The notes below the pieces were generated by a model that did not search any database, was not told the origin of the DNA, and was given only the letters and a program-made list of their open reading frames with translations. DNA of 64,000 nucleotides from Candidatus Hodarchaeota archaeon (lineage in GTDB: Archaea; Asgardarchaeota; Heimdallarchaeia; Hodarchaeales; Hodarchaeaceae). A program made the position numbers and the translations under genes. The stretch's first letter is position 1. Each line of letters opens with the position of its first letter. Of the stretch, positions 45,536-55,707 are shown piece by piece. Where the stretch lies: assembly GCA_016840035.1 (NCBI GenBank), contig JAEOTC010000111.1:3657-67656 (forward strand), read 5' to 3'.

Positions 45536-46612
45536 ATGCAAGCTATTATGAAGACTAAGGAAGAGAAAGGGTTTGAAATTCGTGAAACGCCGGAACCAGC
45601 CATTCAACATGGAAATGAAGTCAAGCTTAAGATTGATGTTTCAAGTATTTGTGGTACAGATCACCACATGTGGGTTTACGATCAATGGGCCCAAAAACGT
45701 CTTCCTCCAGCTATTCCTTTCGTAGCTGGCCATGAAGCTGGATTAGAAGTTGTGGATATTGGATCTGATGTAAAAAATCTTCAAATAGGGGATAAAGTGA
45801 GTCTTGAATGTCATGAGGCATGTGGTACCTGTTATCAATGCAGATCAGATCGAATGCACATCTGTAGTAATACCAAGATTTTTGGTGTAGATAAGGACGG
45901 TATTTTTGCAGAATATGCTGTTATTCCAGAATTAAATGCAATAAAGAATGATGATAATCTTGATCCAGCCATTGCTTCTCTTCAGGATCCATTAGGGAAT
46001 GCAGTACATACCATATTACCGAAGGATAACATAGAAGATATCGCAGGTAAAAATGTTCTTATCACCGGTGCAGGGCCTATTGGATTAATGGCAATTCCTG
46101 TTGTGAAGATGCTTGGAGCAGGTCAAGTATTCGTGACTGCAGGGGGGAATAATCTACTAAGATTAGAGACTGCGAAAAAACTAGGTGCTGATTTGGTTCT
46201 TAATGCCCGTGAAGAAGGAGATAAAATTCCCAAAATCATTAAAGATGCCACAGATGGAGTAGGGGTTGATGTTCTTCTTGAAATGGCGGGAAATATTTAT
46301 GCTCTCAAACATGGTCTAGAAGCACTAACGTATGGAGGTCGAGTTTCATTACTGGGATTCTTTCCAGGTTCCATTGAATTCGATATTAATTCGCTAATGA
46401 TTAGTAAGGGAGCGAGTGTCTATGGAATTGCCGGTCGACGTATGTTCCAAACTTGGCAGGTCATGAAAGGCCTACTAAAGTCAAAAGAATTACAAGATAA
46501 ATTAAAAAATAATATTATAACACATCGAATTAATATGAGTAATTGGGAGAAAGGTATGACAGAAATTCACGAAAAACGCGCTATTAAAGTCGTGATGGAT
46601 CCATTCAAATAA
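45536..46612 (+). CDS. tdh: zinc-dependent (MDR-type) L-threonine 3-dehydrogenase
   Basis: The N-terminus MQAIMKTKEEKGFEI resembles archaeal TDHs. ICGTDHHMWVYDQWAQKR, GHEAGLEVVDIG, structural Zn CGTCYQCRSDRMHIC (Cx2Cx2Cx7C), GAGPIGLMA. Confidence 0.85.
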   Translation: MQAIMKTKEEKGFEIRETPEPAIQHGNEVKLKIDVSSICGTDHHMWVYDQWAQKRLPPAIPFVAGHEAGLEVVDIGSDVKNLQIGDKVSLECHEACGTCYQCRSDRMHICSNTKIFGVDKDGIFAEYAVIPELNAIKNDDNLDPAIASLQDPLGNAVHTILPKDNIEDIAGKNVLITGAGPIGLMAIPVVKMLGAGQVFVTAGGNNLLRLETAKKLGADLVLNAREEGDKIPKIIKDATDGVGVDVLLEMAGNIYALKHGLEALTYGGRVSLLGFFPGSIEFDINSLMISKGASVYGIAGRRMFQTWQVMKGLLKSKELQDKLKNNIITHRINMSNWEKGMTEIHEKRAIKVVMDPFK

Positions 46613-46625
46613 AAAGGGACGTTTA

Positions 46626-47588
46626 ATGAACAATATACTTGTCACTGGTGCCGCAGGTCAAATAGGTACGGAATTAGTTACTGCTCTACGCCAACGATAT
46701 GGAAAAGATGCCGTTGTAATTGCTACTGGCCGTCGTACTCAACTTCCAGCATATATAAAGAATAGTGGCCCTTTCTGCTATTTAAATGTCTTAGACAAGA
46801 ATCAGATAGAAGAAACAGCCTTTGAAAATAACGTTGATACGATTTATCATATGGCATCCATTCTAAGTGCTGTTGGAGAACAAAAACCACAACTAGCTTG
46901 GGACATCAACATGAATGGTTTGTATAATGTCCTTGAGGTAGCAAGAACATATGATATCAGTGTCATGTGGCCTTCATCGATTGCTGCATTTGGTCCTGAC
47001 ACCCCCAAAGTGAATACTCCGAATGATACGATTCTACGGCCTACGACAATATATGGGGTCTCTAAAGTCGCGGGGGAACTCTTAGCGGAGTATTACTTTC
47101 AGAAATTTGGGGTCGATGTACGATCAGTTAGATATCCTGGTATTATTAGTAGTGAAACACCTCCAGGCGGTGGAACAACAGATTATGCAGTAGCTATTTA
47201 TTACGATGCTGTACAAAAGGGTTCGTATTCTTGTTTCGTTAGAGAGGATACTATTTTACCTATGATGTATATGCCTGATGCAATTAAAGCCTTGGTCGAT
47301 TTAGCAGAAGCAGATAATTCTAGATTGACACATAGAGTTTACAACATTGGATCCATGAGTTTCAGCGCAGGTACTCTTGCAGAATCCATAAAAGAATTGA
47401 TTCCTGATTTTACGGTTAAATATAAGCCTGATTTCCGTCAAGAGATTGCAGATTCATGGCCACAGTCAGTAGATGACTCATTAGCCCGTTCAGAGTGGAA
47501 CTGGGAACCCAAATATGATTTACACAAGATGACGAAAGAAATGATTGGAAAACTTGAAGCAAAGTTTAGTAAAGATAAGGACTTCTAA
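46626..47588 (+). CDS. SDR/GalE-like NAD-dependent L-threonine dehydrogenase family protein
   Basis: ILVTGAAGQIGTELV, YGVSKVAGE (YxxxK), RYPGIISSETPPGGGTTDYAV. These motifs are characteristic of the short-chain TDH clade rather than sugar epimerases. Assignment is from memory of that family. Confidence 0.65.
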   Translation: MNNILVTGAAGQIGTELVTALRQRYGKDAVVIATGRRTQLPAYIKNSGPFCYLNVLDKNQIEETAFENNVDTIYHMASILSAVGEQKPQLAWDINMNGLYNVLEVARTYDISVMWPSSIAAFGPDTPKVNTPNDTILRPTTIYGVSKVAGELLAEYYFQKFGVDVRSVRYPGIISSETPPGGGTTDYAVAIYYDAVQKGSYSCFVREDTILPMMYMPDAIKALVDLAEADNSRLTHRVYNIGSMSFSAGTLAESIKELIPDFTVKYKPDFRQEIADSWPQSVDDSLARSEWNWEPKYDLHKMTKEMIGKLEAKFSKDKDF

Positions 47589-47878
47589 CGACCAAATATT
47601 CGTTCTTTCCACCCCTTCTTTCTGAAATGTTTGTGCCACTGTCTTAGTATCTCATCTGCGCAATCGTATGGCCCAGTAAGAGCATAAAAATCAATGCCAA
47701 CGTTTACAGCGCATTTATGAAGATATTGTCGGTCAATTTGCGCTTCTGAAAGATGGATTGTCTTCATTCTTGTGATAGCCTGATAGAAAATTAACTCATA
47801 TCCCTTTTCAATCCTTCTCATTTCGCAAAAGTAATTTTGACTTGAGGGCAGTTGAAATCGTATTTTCTCATCAGACAC
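47585..47878 (-). CDS. hypothetical protein
   Basis: 97-aa ORF, convergent with the preceding gene (4-nt overlap of the ends). Confidence 0.4.
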   Translation of the reverse strand: MSDEKIRFQLPSSQNYFCEMRRIEKGYELIFYQAITRMKTIHLSEAQIDRQYLHKCAVNVGIDFYALTGPYDCADEILRQWHKHFRKKGWKERIFGR

Positions 47879-47993
47879 TTGCTTAATCCCGATTTAAATT
47901 TCCTTAGTGTTTTTATAATCCTTTCTTATCATATGAATTTATATTGAGAGATTTCTTGCATTTGAAGAAATAGAAGGAATGAGGGCAAATTTG

Positions 47994-49451
47994 CTATAAA
48001 TTCGCTTCATTCTTTCCTTCCATCAAAGGATATTTTCGGAATAATAATGCACCGAGAATTAGAATGACTCCCGCTACTGGCCCAACTAATAGTAAGCCAG
48101 CTGGTCCCGTATTCAATAAACCTGATTCTGTGGTAAACGTTTCTGAGAAATACTCTCTTCCAAACAATGTTAAGAGGATTCCTAAAATAAGATCACCTGC
48201 TGCAGCAAAAAACCAGTCTACTACTCCTTGAGCAGCAAAATACATTGATTCTCTTCTCTGTCCTGTCAATTTTTCGTCATAGTCGATAACATCAGAGAAT
48301 ACAGAATAGCCCAATACCATTACACCCCCAACAGGGATTCCTACAATTATAATTGTTAATAAAGTCTGGAAGAGAGTAAAATTTTTCCATCCGTCACTGG
48401 TTACTACTTGTAGAGTGTCATCAGCTGTAACAGTAAATGATACGGAATTTTCTGGGGTTATAAATGGAATTTGGCCTAGAAATATGATAAGCCAAGTTAG
48501 GATGCCAAATGAGAGACAGCAATAGTAGTATAATTTGGCTTTTCCGACACGTTTGGATAATATTGTAATAAAAGGAATAGAGGCAATAGCTGAAATTACA
48601 AATATTCCAGATATTAAGGAGACAAGAATATCATCTGGGGCCAATCCAAGATAATCCTGAGCAATCATTGGGAGAGCTGCAAGTAACATTGATTCAGCTA
48701 ACATTAGTGTACTTACCGTTGCTAAATAACTTGGAAAAAAACTTTTATTCCTAAAAGTCTGTTTAAGAGATTCAATCATTCCGAAATGAGCGGGTACAAC
48801 GTTAGGATTTTCTTTAACCCCGAAAAATACCACAACCATTCCTATAAATGTTAATACTGCAACTGGTAGGGTGGCATAAAAGGCTGTTATTTTTGAATCT
48901 CCTCCTGGTGTATCAAAAACTCCTCGGAGAATTGGGAACAATAAAATCCCCAGTATGGTTCCCAGGAGTACAAAAAAAGTTCTAAGTGAATTATATGTAG
49001 TTCTTTGATATTTCTCTGTGGCTATTTCAGGAAGGAGAGCAAGATAAGGATTAACCACAGCCGCATTAGTCCATCGAAAACCCCCATAACTAATCAATAA
49101 CCAAACTAAGATCATTAATGTATCGTCGAAAGGACATGCAAAAGTCAAAGCGAAAAAGAAAACCCAGACAGGAGTTAGGAAGAAGAAGGGCCGCCTTCTA
49201 CCAAATCGAGTTTTCAAATTATCAGAAAATCGTGCCACAGGAACATTTATTAGTCCTTCACTAAGCTTGGCAGAGAATGTAACCCCAGTTACAAAGAGCG
49301 CATCAAAATTAGATGGGGTTATAAGTACTTCCTTCAAATAAAAGCCAATTACGAATACATTTAATATATTCGACATCATTGTGCTTCCAAAATTGCCAAA
49401 AGCCCATGAAAAACCCTGTAAACGTCGTGGTATATATTCAGCAACAGTCAT
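47994..49451 (-). CDS. MFS/GPH-family (MelB-like) cation symporter
   Basis: About 12 hydrophobic segments and a loop 2-3 motif, FGRRRPFFF. Confidence 0.7.
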   Translation of the reverse strand: MTVAEYIPRRLQGFSWAFGNFGSTMMSNILNVFVIGFYLKEVLITPSNFDALFVTGVTFSAKLSEGLINVPVARFSDNLKTRFGRRRPFFFLTPVWVFFFALTFACPFDDTLMILVWLLISYGGFRWTNAAVVNPYLALLPEIATEKYQRTTYNSLRTFFVLLGTILGILLFPILRGVFDTPGGDSKITAFYATLPVAVLTFIGMVVVFFGVKENPNVVPAHFGMIESLKQTFRNKSFFPSYLATVSTLMLAESMLLAALPMIAQDYLGLAPDDILVSLISGIFVISAIASIPFITILSKRVGKAKLYYYCCLSFGILTWLIIFLGQIPFITPENSVSFTVTADDTLQVVTSDGWKNFTLFQTLLTIIIVGIPVGGVMVLGYSVFSDVIDYDEKLTGQRRESMYFAAQGVVDWFFAAAGDLILGILLTLFGREYFSETFTTESGLLNTGPAGLLLVGPVAGVILILGALLFRKYPLMEGKNEANL

Positions 49452-49600
49452 TTTTGATTCACCAAAGAAATCATTAAGTAAAAATATGACCTACATGGAT
49501 CGGTTAAATAAATTTTCATCAAACTTCATCCCTTCCAGTTGTTTCTTCCCCTATGATTATTTTAAAAGAAGATAATTAAAATACTCAATAATCCTTTAAG

Positions 49601-50140
49601 TTGAGTAGAATGAAATTTCAACAAATCATAACCTTGTTGAAAAAGTGTAGGATTGAGGGAGGATTTTGGATCGATGCAGGATGTGGGAATGGAACCTTTA
49701 CCTTCCCTTTAGCTACTTTAGCTGATAGGGTACTTGCCATTGACAAGAATAAGGATAATTTAAGTTATTTAAATTCGAAAATATCTACTGAAACAAATAT
49801 ATTCACACAACAAGTCAATTTTAACAAACCGAAATGGTATGATCAGTTAGTTGATGGAATTTTTTTTGGATTTTCACTCCATTATCACCCAGTTCACAAA
49901 ATTGCTTTAGAAAATGCGTTTAATCAACTTAAAACGGGAGGAAATATTATTATCTTTGAATATGCCTCAAAAAAACCTGTATCATGGGTTCCCTATCCAT
50001 TACCTGTAGAGGAATTGACCTCAATCTTTAGTGAGCTTTCATTTACGAATATAAAATTAGTTGATACTCTCCCATCACGTAGGAGAAGCCCTTTTTGGGA
50101 TAACGGATCCTACCTTTTAAGAGCCGAAAAAACTCAATGA
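49601..50140 (+). CDS. class I SAM-dependent methyltransferase
   Basis: Motif I WIDAGCGNGTFTFPLA and post-I VLAIDKN. TTG at 49601 or ATG at 49610. Confidence 0.75.
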   Translation: MSRMKFQQIITLLKKCRIEGGFWIDAGCGNGTFTFPLATLADRVLAIDKNKDNLSYLNSKISTETNIFTQQVNFNKPKWYDQLVDGIFFGFSLHYHPVHKIALENAFNQLKTGGNIIIFEYASKKPVSWVPYPLPVEELTSIFSELSFTNIKLVDTLPSRRRSPFWDNGSYLLRAEKTQ

Positions 50141-50301
50141 CAGAAAATTCTGTTTAATCTGTTCAGGAAAATTGCCTTTTGACAGATTACTATCCATTAA
50201 AGAGTAAATTCTTATTAAGTAAGGAAAATATTTTCTATTATCCTTTCTGTTTTATTAGTACTCTTTAAGCCTATTAATCATCAAATAATGGAGAATAAAC
50301 C

Positions 50302-52419
50302 ATGAATAGACTTCCTGAAAGAATTAAATATCTACAAACTTTAGCTGAGAACCTGATTTGGGTATGGAAACCTAAGGCGCGTGAATTATTCAAAATCTTG
50401 GATCATCCTGCATGGCACTCAACTGGTCACAATCCTGTTCATATGTTACAGATTATCCCCCAAGAAAGACTTAATGCAGCTGCTGAAGATCCTTCATTCT
50501 TAAAAAAATATGACTCTATGGTTCACACATTTCAGGAAATCTTAGAAACTCAGGATACATGGTTTTCCAAACAACATCCAGACTATAAAGGGAAAATTGC
50601 ATATCTATCAACTGAATACGGATTGCATCAATCTTTACCTATCTATTCTGGAGGCTTGGGAATTCTAAGTGGAGATCATGTTAAAGAAAGTAGCGATCTC
50701 GGTCTTCCTTTTGTGGGACTTGGTTTTATTTATCCTCAGGGTTACTTTAAACAGACAATTCCACGAAATGGATGGCAACAAGCTGATTATCACTATCTTG
50801 ATTTCTCAAAATCACCAATTAAACCTGTTCCAGAAAACGGTGATACCCAACTAATTATTGAACTTAAGTATCCTACTTCTCTTTTCCTTCGCGTTTGGAC
50901 AATGAAAGTCGGTAGAACTCCATTATATTTAATGGACACCGATATAGAACAGAATCAGCCTTGGGATAGAGGATTGTCTGCTCGTTTATATGGGGGAGAT
51001 CGGGAAATGCGTATCCGTCAAGAAATCGTTTTAGGTTTCGGTGCACTAAAAATTCTCTCACATTTTGGCTTTAACCCGGATATTTATCACCTAAATGAAG
51101 GTCATACTTCTTTTGCTACCCTAGAACTAATTCGAAGAGAAATGCTTGATAACGGACTGACTTTTAAGGAAGCAAAGGACGAAGTTCGGAAGAAAATAGT
51201 ATTTACTACCCATACACCTGTGAGTGCCGGTCATGATCAATTTTCCTTTGCTCTAGTGGCTAAATATTTCCAGAATTATTGGGAATCGTTAAATATCAGC
51301 CGTGAGGACTTTTTATCCCTTGGTGCGTTTGACTGGGGTCACGGTCAGGGGCCACGATTCAATATGACAACTCTGGGTATCCGAATGAGTCGGTATCAAA
51401 ATGCAGTTTCAAGACTGAATGGTGAAGTTAGTCGTGAGATGTGGAAAAATCTCTATTCCAACCCAGAATTCCATTCTCGTCCACCGTTATCATATGTAAC
51501 GAATGGTGTTCATGTTCCCACATGGGTAAGTGGACCTTTTCAGAATCTCTATAGACGATACTTAGGGAAGAATTGGTCCCGACAACAGGATAATCCTGAT
51601 ATTTGGGAAAAAATCGATGACATTCCAAATACCGAACTCTGGAAAACCCGTCTTGAAGCTCGTAAGCGTATGTTTTCATTCTTACGAGAAAGGACGCGTG
51701 CTCACCGTATTCAAGGTGATCGTGATTCACGATTAACACTTGCAGGAGGAGCTTTGCTTGATCCAGAAGCTTTAACCATTGGTTTCGCCAGACGCTTTGC
51801 CACTTACAAACGAGCGGGATTAATATTCCAAGATATTCAGAGAATCAAAGCTAATTTGCTAGATCCTTATACTCCTGTACAGATCATCTTTGCTGGAAAA
51901 GCTCATCCACAGGATGACGCTGGAAAACATGTCCTTCAGGGGATCTTCAAAAAGGTTGTTTCTGGGGAGTATGGCGGAAGAATTGCATTTATTGAGGATT
52001 ATGATATGCAAATCGGGAGATATTTAGTCCAGGGATGTGATGTTTGGTTGAATACACCTGAAAAACCAATGGAGGCATCTGGAACTTCTGGTATGAAAGC
52101 AGCTATGAATGGAGTTGTAAACTTCTCGATTTTGGATGGTTGGTGGCCTGAAGGGTATCGAGGTAGCAACGGTTATGTGATTGGGGGACAAGAGTTCTCA
52201 GATTACGAAGAGCAAAATAGATATGATGCCGAAAGTCTTTACAAGATCCTTGAATCTGAGATTCGACCAATGTTTTACAAGCGAAATGCTGAGAATATTC
52301 CAGTAGAATGGTGTGAAGTTATTAAGAACTCAATCAAGACTGTTACTCCGCAGTTTTCGGCCCGAAGAATGCTCAAAGAATATGTACAAAATGCTTATCT
52401 ACCAGAAAAAGCAGATTAA
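50302..52419 (+). CDS. glgP: alpha-glucan phosphorylase (GT35)
   Basis: YSGGLGILSGDHVKESSDLGLPFVGLGFIYPQGYF, and the PLP-Lys region EKPMEASGTSGMKAAMNG. Confidence 0.9.
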   Translation: MNRLPERIKYLQTLAENLIWVWKPKARELFKILDHPAWHSTGHNPVHMLQIIPQERLNAAAEDPSFLKKYDSMVHTFQEILETQDTWFSKQHPDYKGKIAYLSTEYGLHQSLPIYSGGLGILSGDHVKESSDLGLPFVGLGFIYPQGYFKQTIPRNGWQQADYHYLDFSKSPIKPVPENGDTQLIIELKYPTSLFLRVWTMKVGRTPLYLMDTDIEQNQPWDRGLSARLYGGDREMRIRQEIVLGFGALKILSHFGFNPDIYHLNEGHTSFATLELIRREMLDNGLTFKEAKDEVRKKIVFTTHTPVSAGHDQFSFALVAKYFQNYWESLNISREDFLSLGAFDWGHGQGPRFNMTTLGIRMSRYQNAVSRLNGEVSREMWKNLYSNPEFHSRPPLSYVTNGVHVPTWVSGPFQNLYRRYLGKNWSRQQDNPDIWEKIDDIPNTELWKTRLEARKRMFSFLRERTRAHRIQGDRDSRLTLAGGALLDPEALTIGFARRFATYKRAGLIFQDIQRIKANLLDPYTPVQIIFAGKAHPQDDAGKHVLQGIFKKVVSGEYGGRIAFIEDYDMQIGRYLVQGCDVWLNTPEKPMEASGTSGMKAAMNGVVNFSILDGWWPEGYRGSNGYVIGGQEFSDYEEQNRYDAESLYKILESEIRPMFYKRNAENIPVEWCEVIKNSIKTVTPQFSARRMLKEYVQNAYLPEKAD

Positions 52420-52439
52420 TATTCCTATTTGATCGATTT

Positions 52440-53030
52440 TTATTCTAACATGGCTAGAGCATTATCTTGCCATGTTTTAATCTGGGCATCAGATTTGCGT
52501 CCAATAAGGGTTGCAATCTCCTGACTGTGTTTTCCTAAAAGATCATTAATGGTATTGATTCCAGCAGTAGTTAGCTTGTCAAAGGCTGCTTTTCCGATTC
52601 CCTTAACTTCTTGAACAGATGTTTCTTTTGTGAATTTAGGAGAGGGTTTTGAAACAGGTTTTACTTCTGGTTCAGCGATCGGTTCAGGTTTAGGCTCAAC
52701 TTTGGGTTTGACAACTTTTTTAACAGGAGCAGCTTTCTTTTTGGGTTTTGGAGCTACAACTGGTTTTTCTTTTCGTGGTTTTGGCTTAGGAATAGCAATA
52801 GTCGAGGGGGTTTTCGTTAAAATTTTGCCAGTTTCCATGCATATCCAGATATGTTGCATTTTTTCGGCACTCGGTAAATATCGTTCTCCTAGATCATAAA
52901 TTGCCCCAGGACAAGACTCCTTGTGGTTTACTTTTGAGACTCTGTATTTTTTCGGAACGTGCTTTTTAAGCCATCGTTTTCCAATAATGTATTCTTCACC
53001 AGGTTTACCAAGCGTCTGTTTCCATGACAT
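52440..53030 (-). CDS. Lys/Pro-rich protein with C-terminal helix-hairpin-helix motif
   Basis: Central KPKPRKEKPVVAPKPKKKAAPVKKVVKPKVEPKPEPIAEPEVKP. C-terminal VKGIGKAAFDKLTTAGINTINDL (HhH GIG). Confidence 0.5.
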   Translation of the reverse strand: MSWKQTLGKPGEEYIIGKRWLKKHVPKKYRVSKVNHKESCPGAIYDLGERYLPSAEKMQHIWICMETGKILTKTPSTIAIPKPKPRKEKPVVAPKPKKKAAPVKKVVKPKVEPKPEPIAEPEVKPVSKPSPKFTKETSVQEVKGIGKAAFDKLTTAGINTINDLLGKHSQEIATLIGRKSDAQIKTWQDNALAMLE

Positions 53031-53187
53031 ACAATCAAATCCAAGAAATTCTAAGTATTAAAATTGGTTTATTTTGAAATTAACCTTGTTTCAATCCTCT
53101 GTTCTTTACGTTTTTTACGATTATTCTTCCTCCTTTTAGTTTCGAGTTAATTAGTTTCATAAATAATTGAAATACTCAGTATTTATC

Positions 53188-54171
53188 ATGTCTGATAGGA
53201 AAAAAGTAGGAGTTTTCTGTTCAGGAGGGGATGCACCAGGAATGAACGCTGCATTACGGTCTATAGTCCGAAGAGGGATCGCTCAAGGGTTAAATATTGT
53301 AGCAATCCATCGAGGTTATAAGGGAATTCTCGATGAAGCATTTGAAAAGATGATTCCTCGTTCAGTAGGAAACATCATCCAGACTGGGGGGACTGTTATC
53401 AAAACAGCAAGATGTGAGCGCTTTTACAAAGAGGAAGGAGTACGTCAAGCTGCTGAAATACTTAAGAGCTATGAATTTGATGGATTAATTGCTATTGGAG
53501 GAGATGGAACTTTTCGTGGGTTATTAGAACTCCAGAAAGTCTGGGATGGGCAGATAATCGGTATTCCAGGCACAATTGACAATGATATTTATGGTACAGA
53601 TTATACAATAGGGTTTGATACTGCTATAGATACCGCCATTCAAGCTCTTGATAGAATCCGGGATACTGCAGATTCCCATGAGCGTGTATTTATTGTTGAG
53701 GTGATGGGACGACATTCTGGATTTATTGCGTTAAAAGTTGGCATTGGTAGTGGTGCAGAGGAAATACTTATCCCTGAGGATGAACCCATAGACCTAAAAG
53801 CTGTTGCTAAACGAATAAAGGATGCAAGAGACAGAGGAAAGACGAGCTTGATAATTATTGTAGCAGAAGGTGTCAGTAAACCAGATATATTCACTTTTTG
53901 TAAAAAACTAACAACACAACCTGGACTGGAGTTTTCGACACATATCTCCATTCTGGGCCATTTACAACGTGGAGGTTCACCAAGTGCAGTTGATAGATGG
54001 AATGCAACCCGAATGGGAGCTTATGCCGTAGACTGCATACTCGGAGGAGATTCTGGTATTATGGTGGGAGAACAGAATCTGAAGTTAGTTAAGGTACCCC
54101 TGAAAGATACACAGAAGAAAAAATCAATTGATCGGTATGCCCATTCATTAATTCGGGATTTAGCTATTTAA
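53188..54171 (+). CDS. pfkA: ATP-dependent 6-phosphofructokinase (PfkA family)
   Basis: VGVFCSGGDAPGMNAALR, IGGDGTFRG, IPGTIDNDI, VMGRHSG, LGHLQRGG. Gly in GGDG and PGT indicates ATP rather than PPi specificity. The ATG at 53188 is preferred over the TTG at 53167. Confidence 0.9.
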   Translation: MSDRKKVGVFCSGGDAPGMNAALRSIVRRGIAQGLNIVAIHRGYKGILDEAFEKMIPRSVGNIIQTGGTVIKTARCERFYKEEGVRQAAEILKSYEFDGLIAIGGDGTFRGLLELQKVWDGQIIGIPGTIDNDIYGTDYTIGFDTAIDTAIQALDRIRDTADSHERVFIVEVMGRHSGFIALKVGIGSGAEEILIPEDEPIDLKAVAKRIKDARDRGKTSLIIIVAEGVSKPDIFTFCKKLTTQPGLEFSTHISILGHLQRGGSPSAVDRWNATRMGAYAVDCILGGDSGIMVGEQNLKLVKVPLKDTQKKKSIDRYAHSLIRDLAI

Positions 54172-54182
54172 TTCTTTCAATA

Positions 54183-54920
54183 CTAGTCAATCACGCTAAC
54201 TTTCTTGATGCCTAAATAGTGTTCTTGAATTTTTGGGGAATTTAAGAGTTCCTTAGAGGGTCCTTCATGCACCTTCTTACCAATAGCAAGCACATATCCT
54301 CTGTCACTAATTTTTAGACTTTGTTTGGCATTCTGTTCTACAAGAAGAATAGTAGTCCCTGAATCTCGAATTTCGATTAACTTTTTCAGGATTTCTCGAA
54401 CAAGCTTAGGTGCTAACGCTGCTGTAGGTTCATCTAGACAAAGCAGTTCTGGTTTATTAACCATAGCACGTGCTAATGCAAGCATTTGACGCTCTCCACC
54501 TGAGAGATTACTTGCTTTTTCGGAATCACGTCCTTTAATCCCAGGAAAAAGATCATATAGCTCTGAATACGAATATCTGTCTTTTGATGGCAAATAAGCA
54601 CCCATTTCCAGATTTTCCTGTACAGTCAATGCTCTAAATACATTATTCAATTGGGGGACGTATCCAATACCTAGTTTTGCAATTTTATTTGCAGACTTAC
54701 CTTCTACACGACGGTTTTTGAACGATATTGTACCATCAAATGGTTTTAGGAATCCTACGATCGTTTTCATTAAAGTGGATTTACCTGATCCATTTGGTCC
54801 TATAATGGATACAAATTCTCCCTTTTCAACATTTATAGAAATGCTGTCAATAATAATAGCCTTATCATACCCTCCAGTTACGTCGGAAACTTCTAAAAAC
54901 ACTTTACTCACCCTCATCAC
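54183..54920 (-). CDS. livF: branched-chain amino acid ABC transporter ATP-binding protein
   Basis: Walker A GPNGSGKST, signature LSGGERQ, Walker B LLCLDEP. LivF-type length. Confidence 0.9.
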   Translation of the reverse strand: MMRVSKVFLEVSDVTGGYDKAIIIDSISINVEKGEFVSIIGPNGSGKSTLMKTIVGFLKPFDGTISFKNRRVEGKSANKIAKLGIGYVPQLNNVFRALTVQENLEMGAYLPSKDRYSYSELYDLFPGIKGRDSEKASNLSGGERQMLALARAMVNKPELLCLDEPTAALAPKLVREILKKLIEIRDSGTTILLVEQNAKQSLKISDRGYVLAIGKKVHEGPSKELLNSPKIQEHYLGIKKVSVID

Positions 54921-55707
54921 CTAGATATGCATCTAGAACATTGGGATTCTCTTGGATTTCTTTTGGAGACCCATCTGCAATGATTTCTCCCTTACTTAAG
55001 ACAAAAACATGATCACTGGATTCCATGATAACATCCATGTTATGTTCTACAATGAAAAAGGTTGTTGATTCCTTTCTAAGTTGGTCGATTTTTTCAAATA
55101 TCCGGTTTGATAAAACTGGATTGACACCGGCAACGGGTTCATCTAATAGGATTACCTTTCCAGAAGTCATCAATGCTCTTCCCAAGGCTAATAGTTTACG
55201 CTGTCCCCCGCTTAGCACTTCAGCTTTTTCCTTTGCTAGATGAGATATTTCTAAAAAGTCGAGTATCTCCATTGCTTTCTTAGCAAACGTAAGTTCTTCT
55301 TCCTCCCAAGTAGATTTATGGAGTAACTTCCTAAAAACATCTACTAGTACTTTTTTTAAATTCTCACCTGGATGAAACTGTGATGCGATAAGCATGTTTT
55401 CTAGGACGGTCAATTTCGGGAAAATTTGAGTAACTTGGAAGGTACGTACTAATCCTTCCCGAGCAAGTAAATGCATCTTTTGGTCATTGATGATTTTTCC
55501 TTCAAAAAGGATATTACCAGTAGTCTCTTCATCCTGGGATATGACATTTGTTATCAAATTGAATAATGTACTCTTACCTGACCCATTAGGACCTATTAAT
55601 CCAATAATTTGTTGTTTTTTCAGAGTTACACTCACGTTTTTTAACGCTTGAAGTCCACTGAAATTTTTATTTACATTTTGAGTTTCTAATACTGCGATTT
55701 TAATCAC
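54904..55707 (-). CDS. livG: branched-chain amino acid ABC transporter ATP-binding protein
   Basis: GPNGSGKST, LSGGQRK, ILLDEPVAGVNP. Overlaps livF by 17 nt. Confidence 0.9.
   Translation of the reverse strand: MIKIAVLETQNVNKNFSGLQALKNVSVTLKKQQIIGLIGPNGSGKSTLFNLITNVISQDEETTGNILFEGKIINDQKMHLLAREGLVRTFQVTQIFPKLTVLENMLIASQFHPGENLKKVLVDVFRKLLHKSTWEEEELTFAKKAMEILDFLEISHLAKEKAEVLSGGQRKLLALGRALMTSGKVILLDEPVAGVNPVLSNRIFEKIDQLRKESTTFFIVEHNMDVIMESSDHVFVLSKGEIIADGSPKEIQENPNVLDAYLGDEGE

Noticed and set aside
52630-52899. 89-aa plus-strand ORF (Gly/Phe/Thr-rich)
   Set aside because: Antisense artefact of the Lys/Pro tract in the HhH protein gene.
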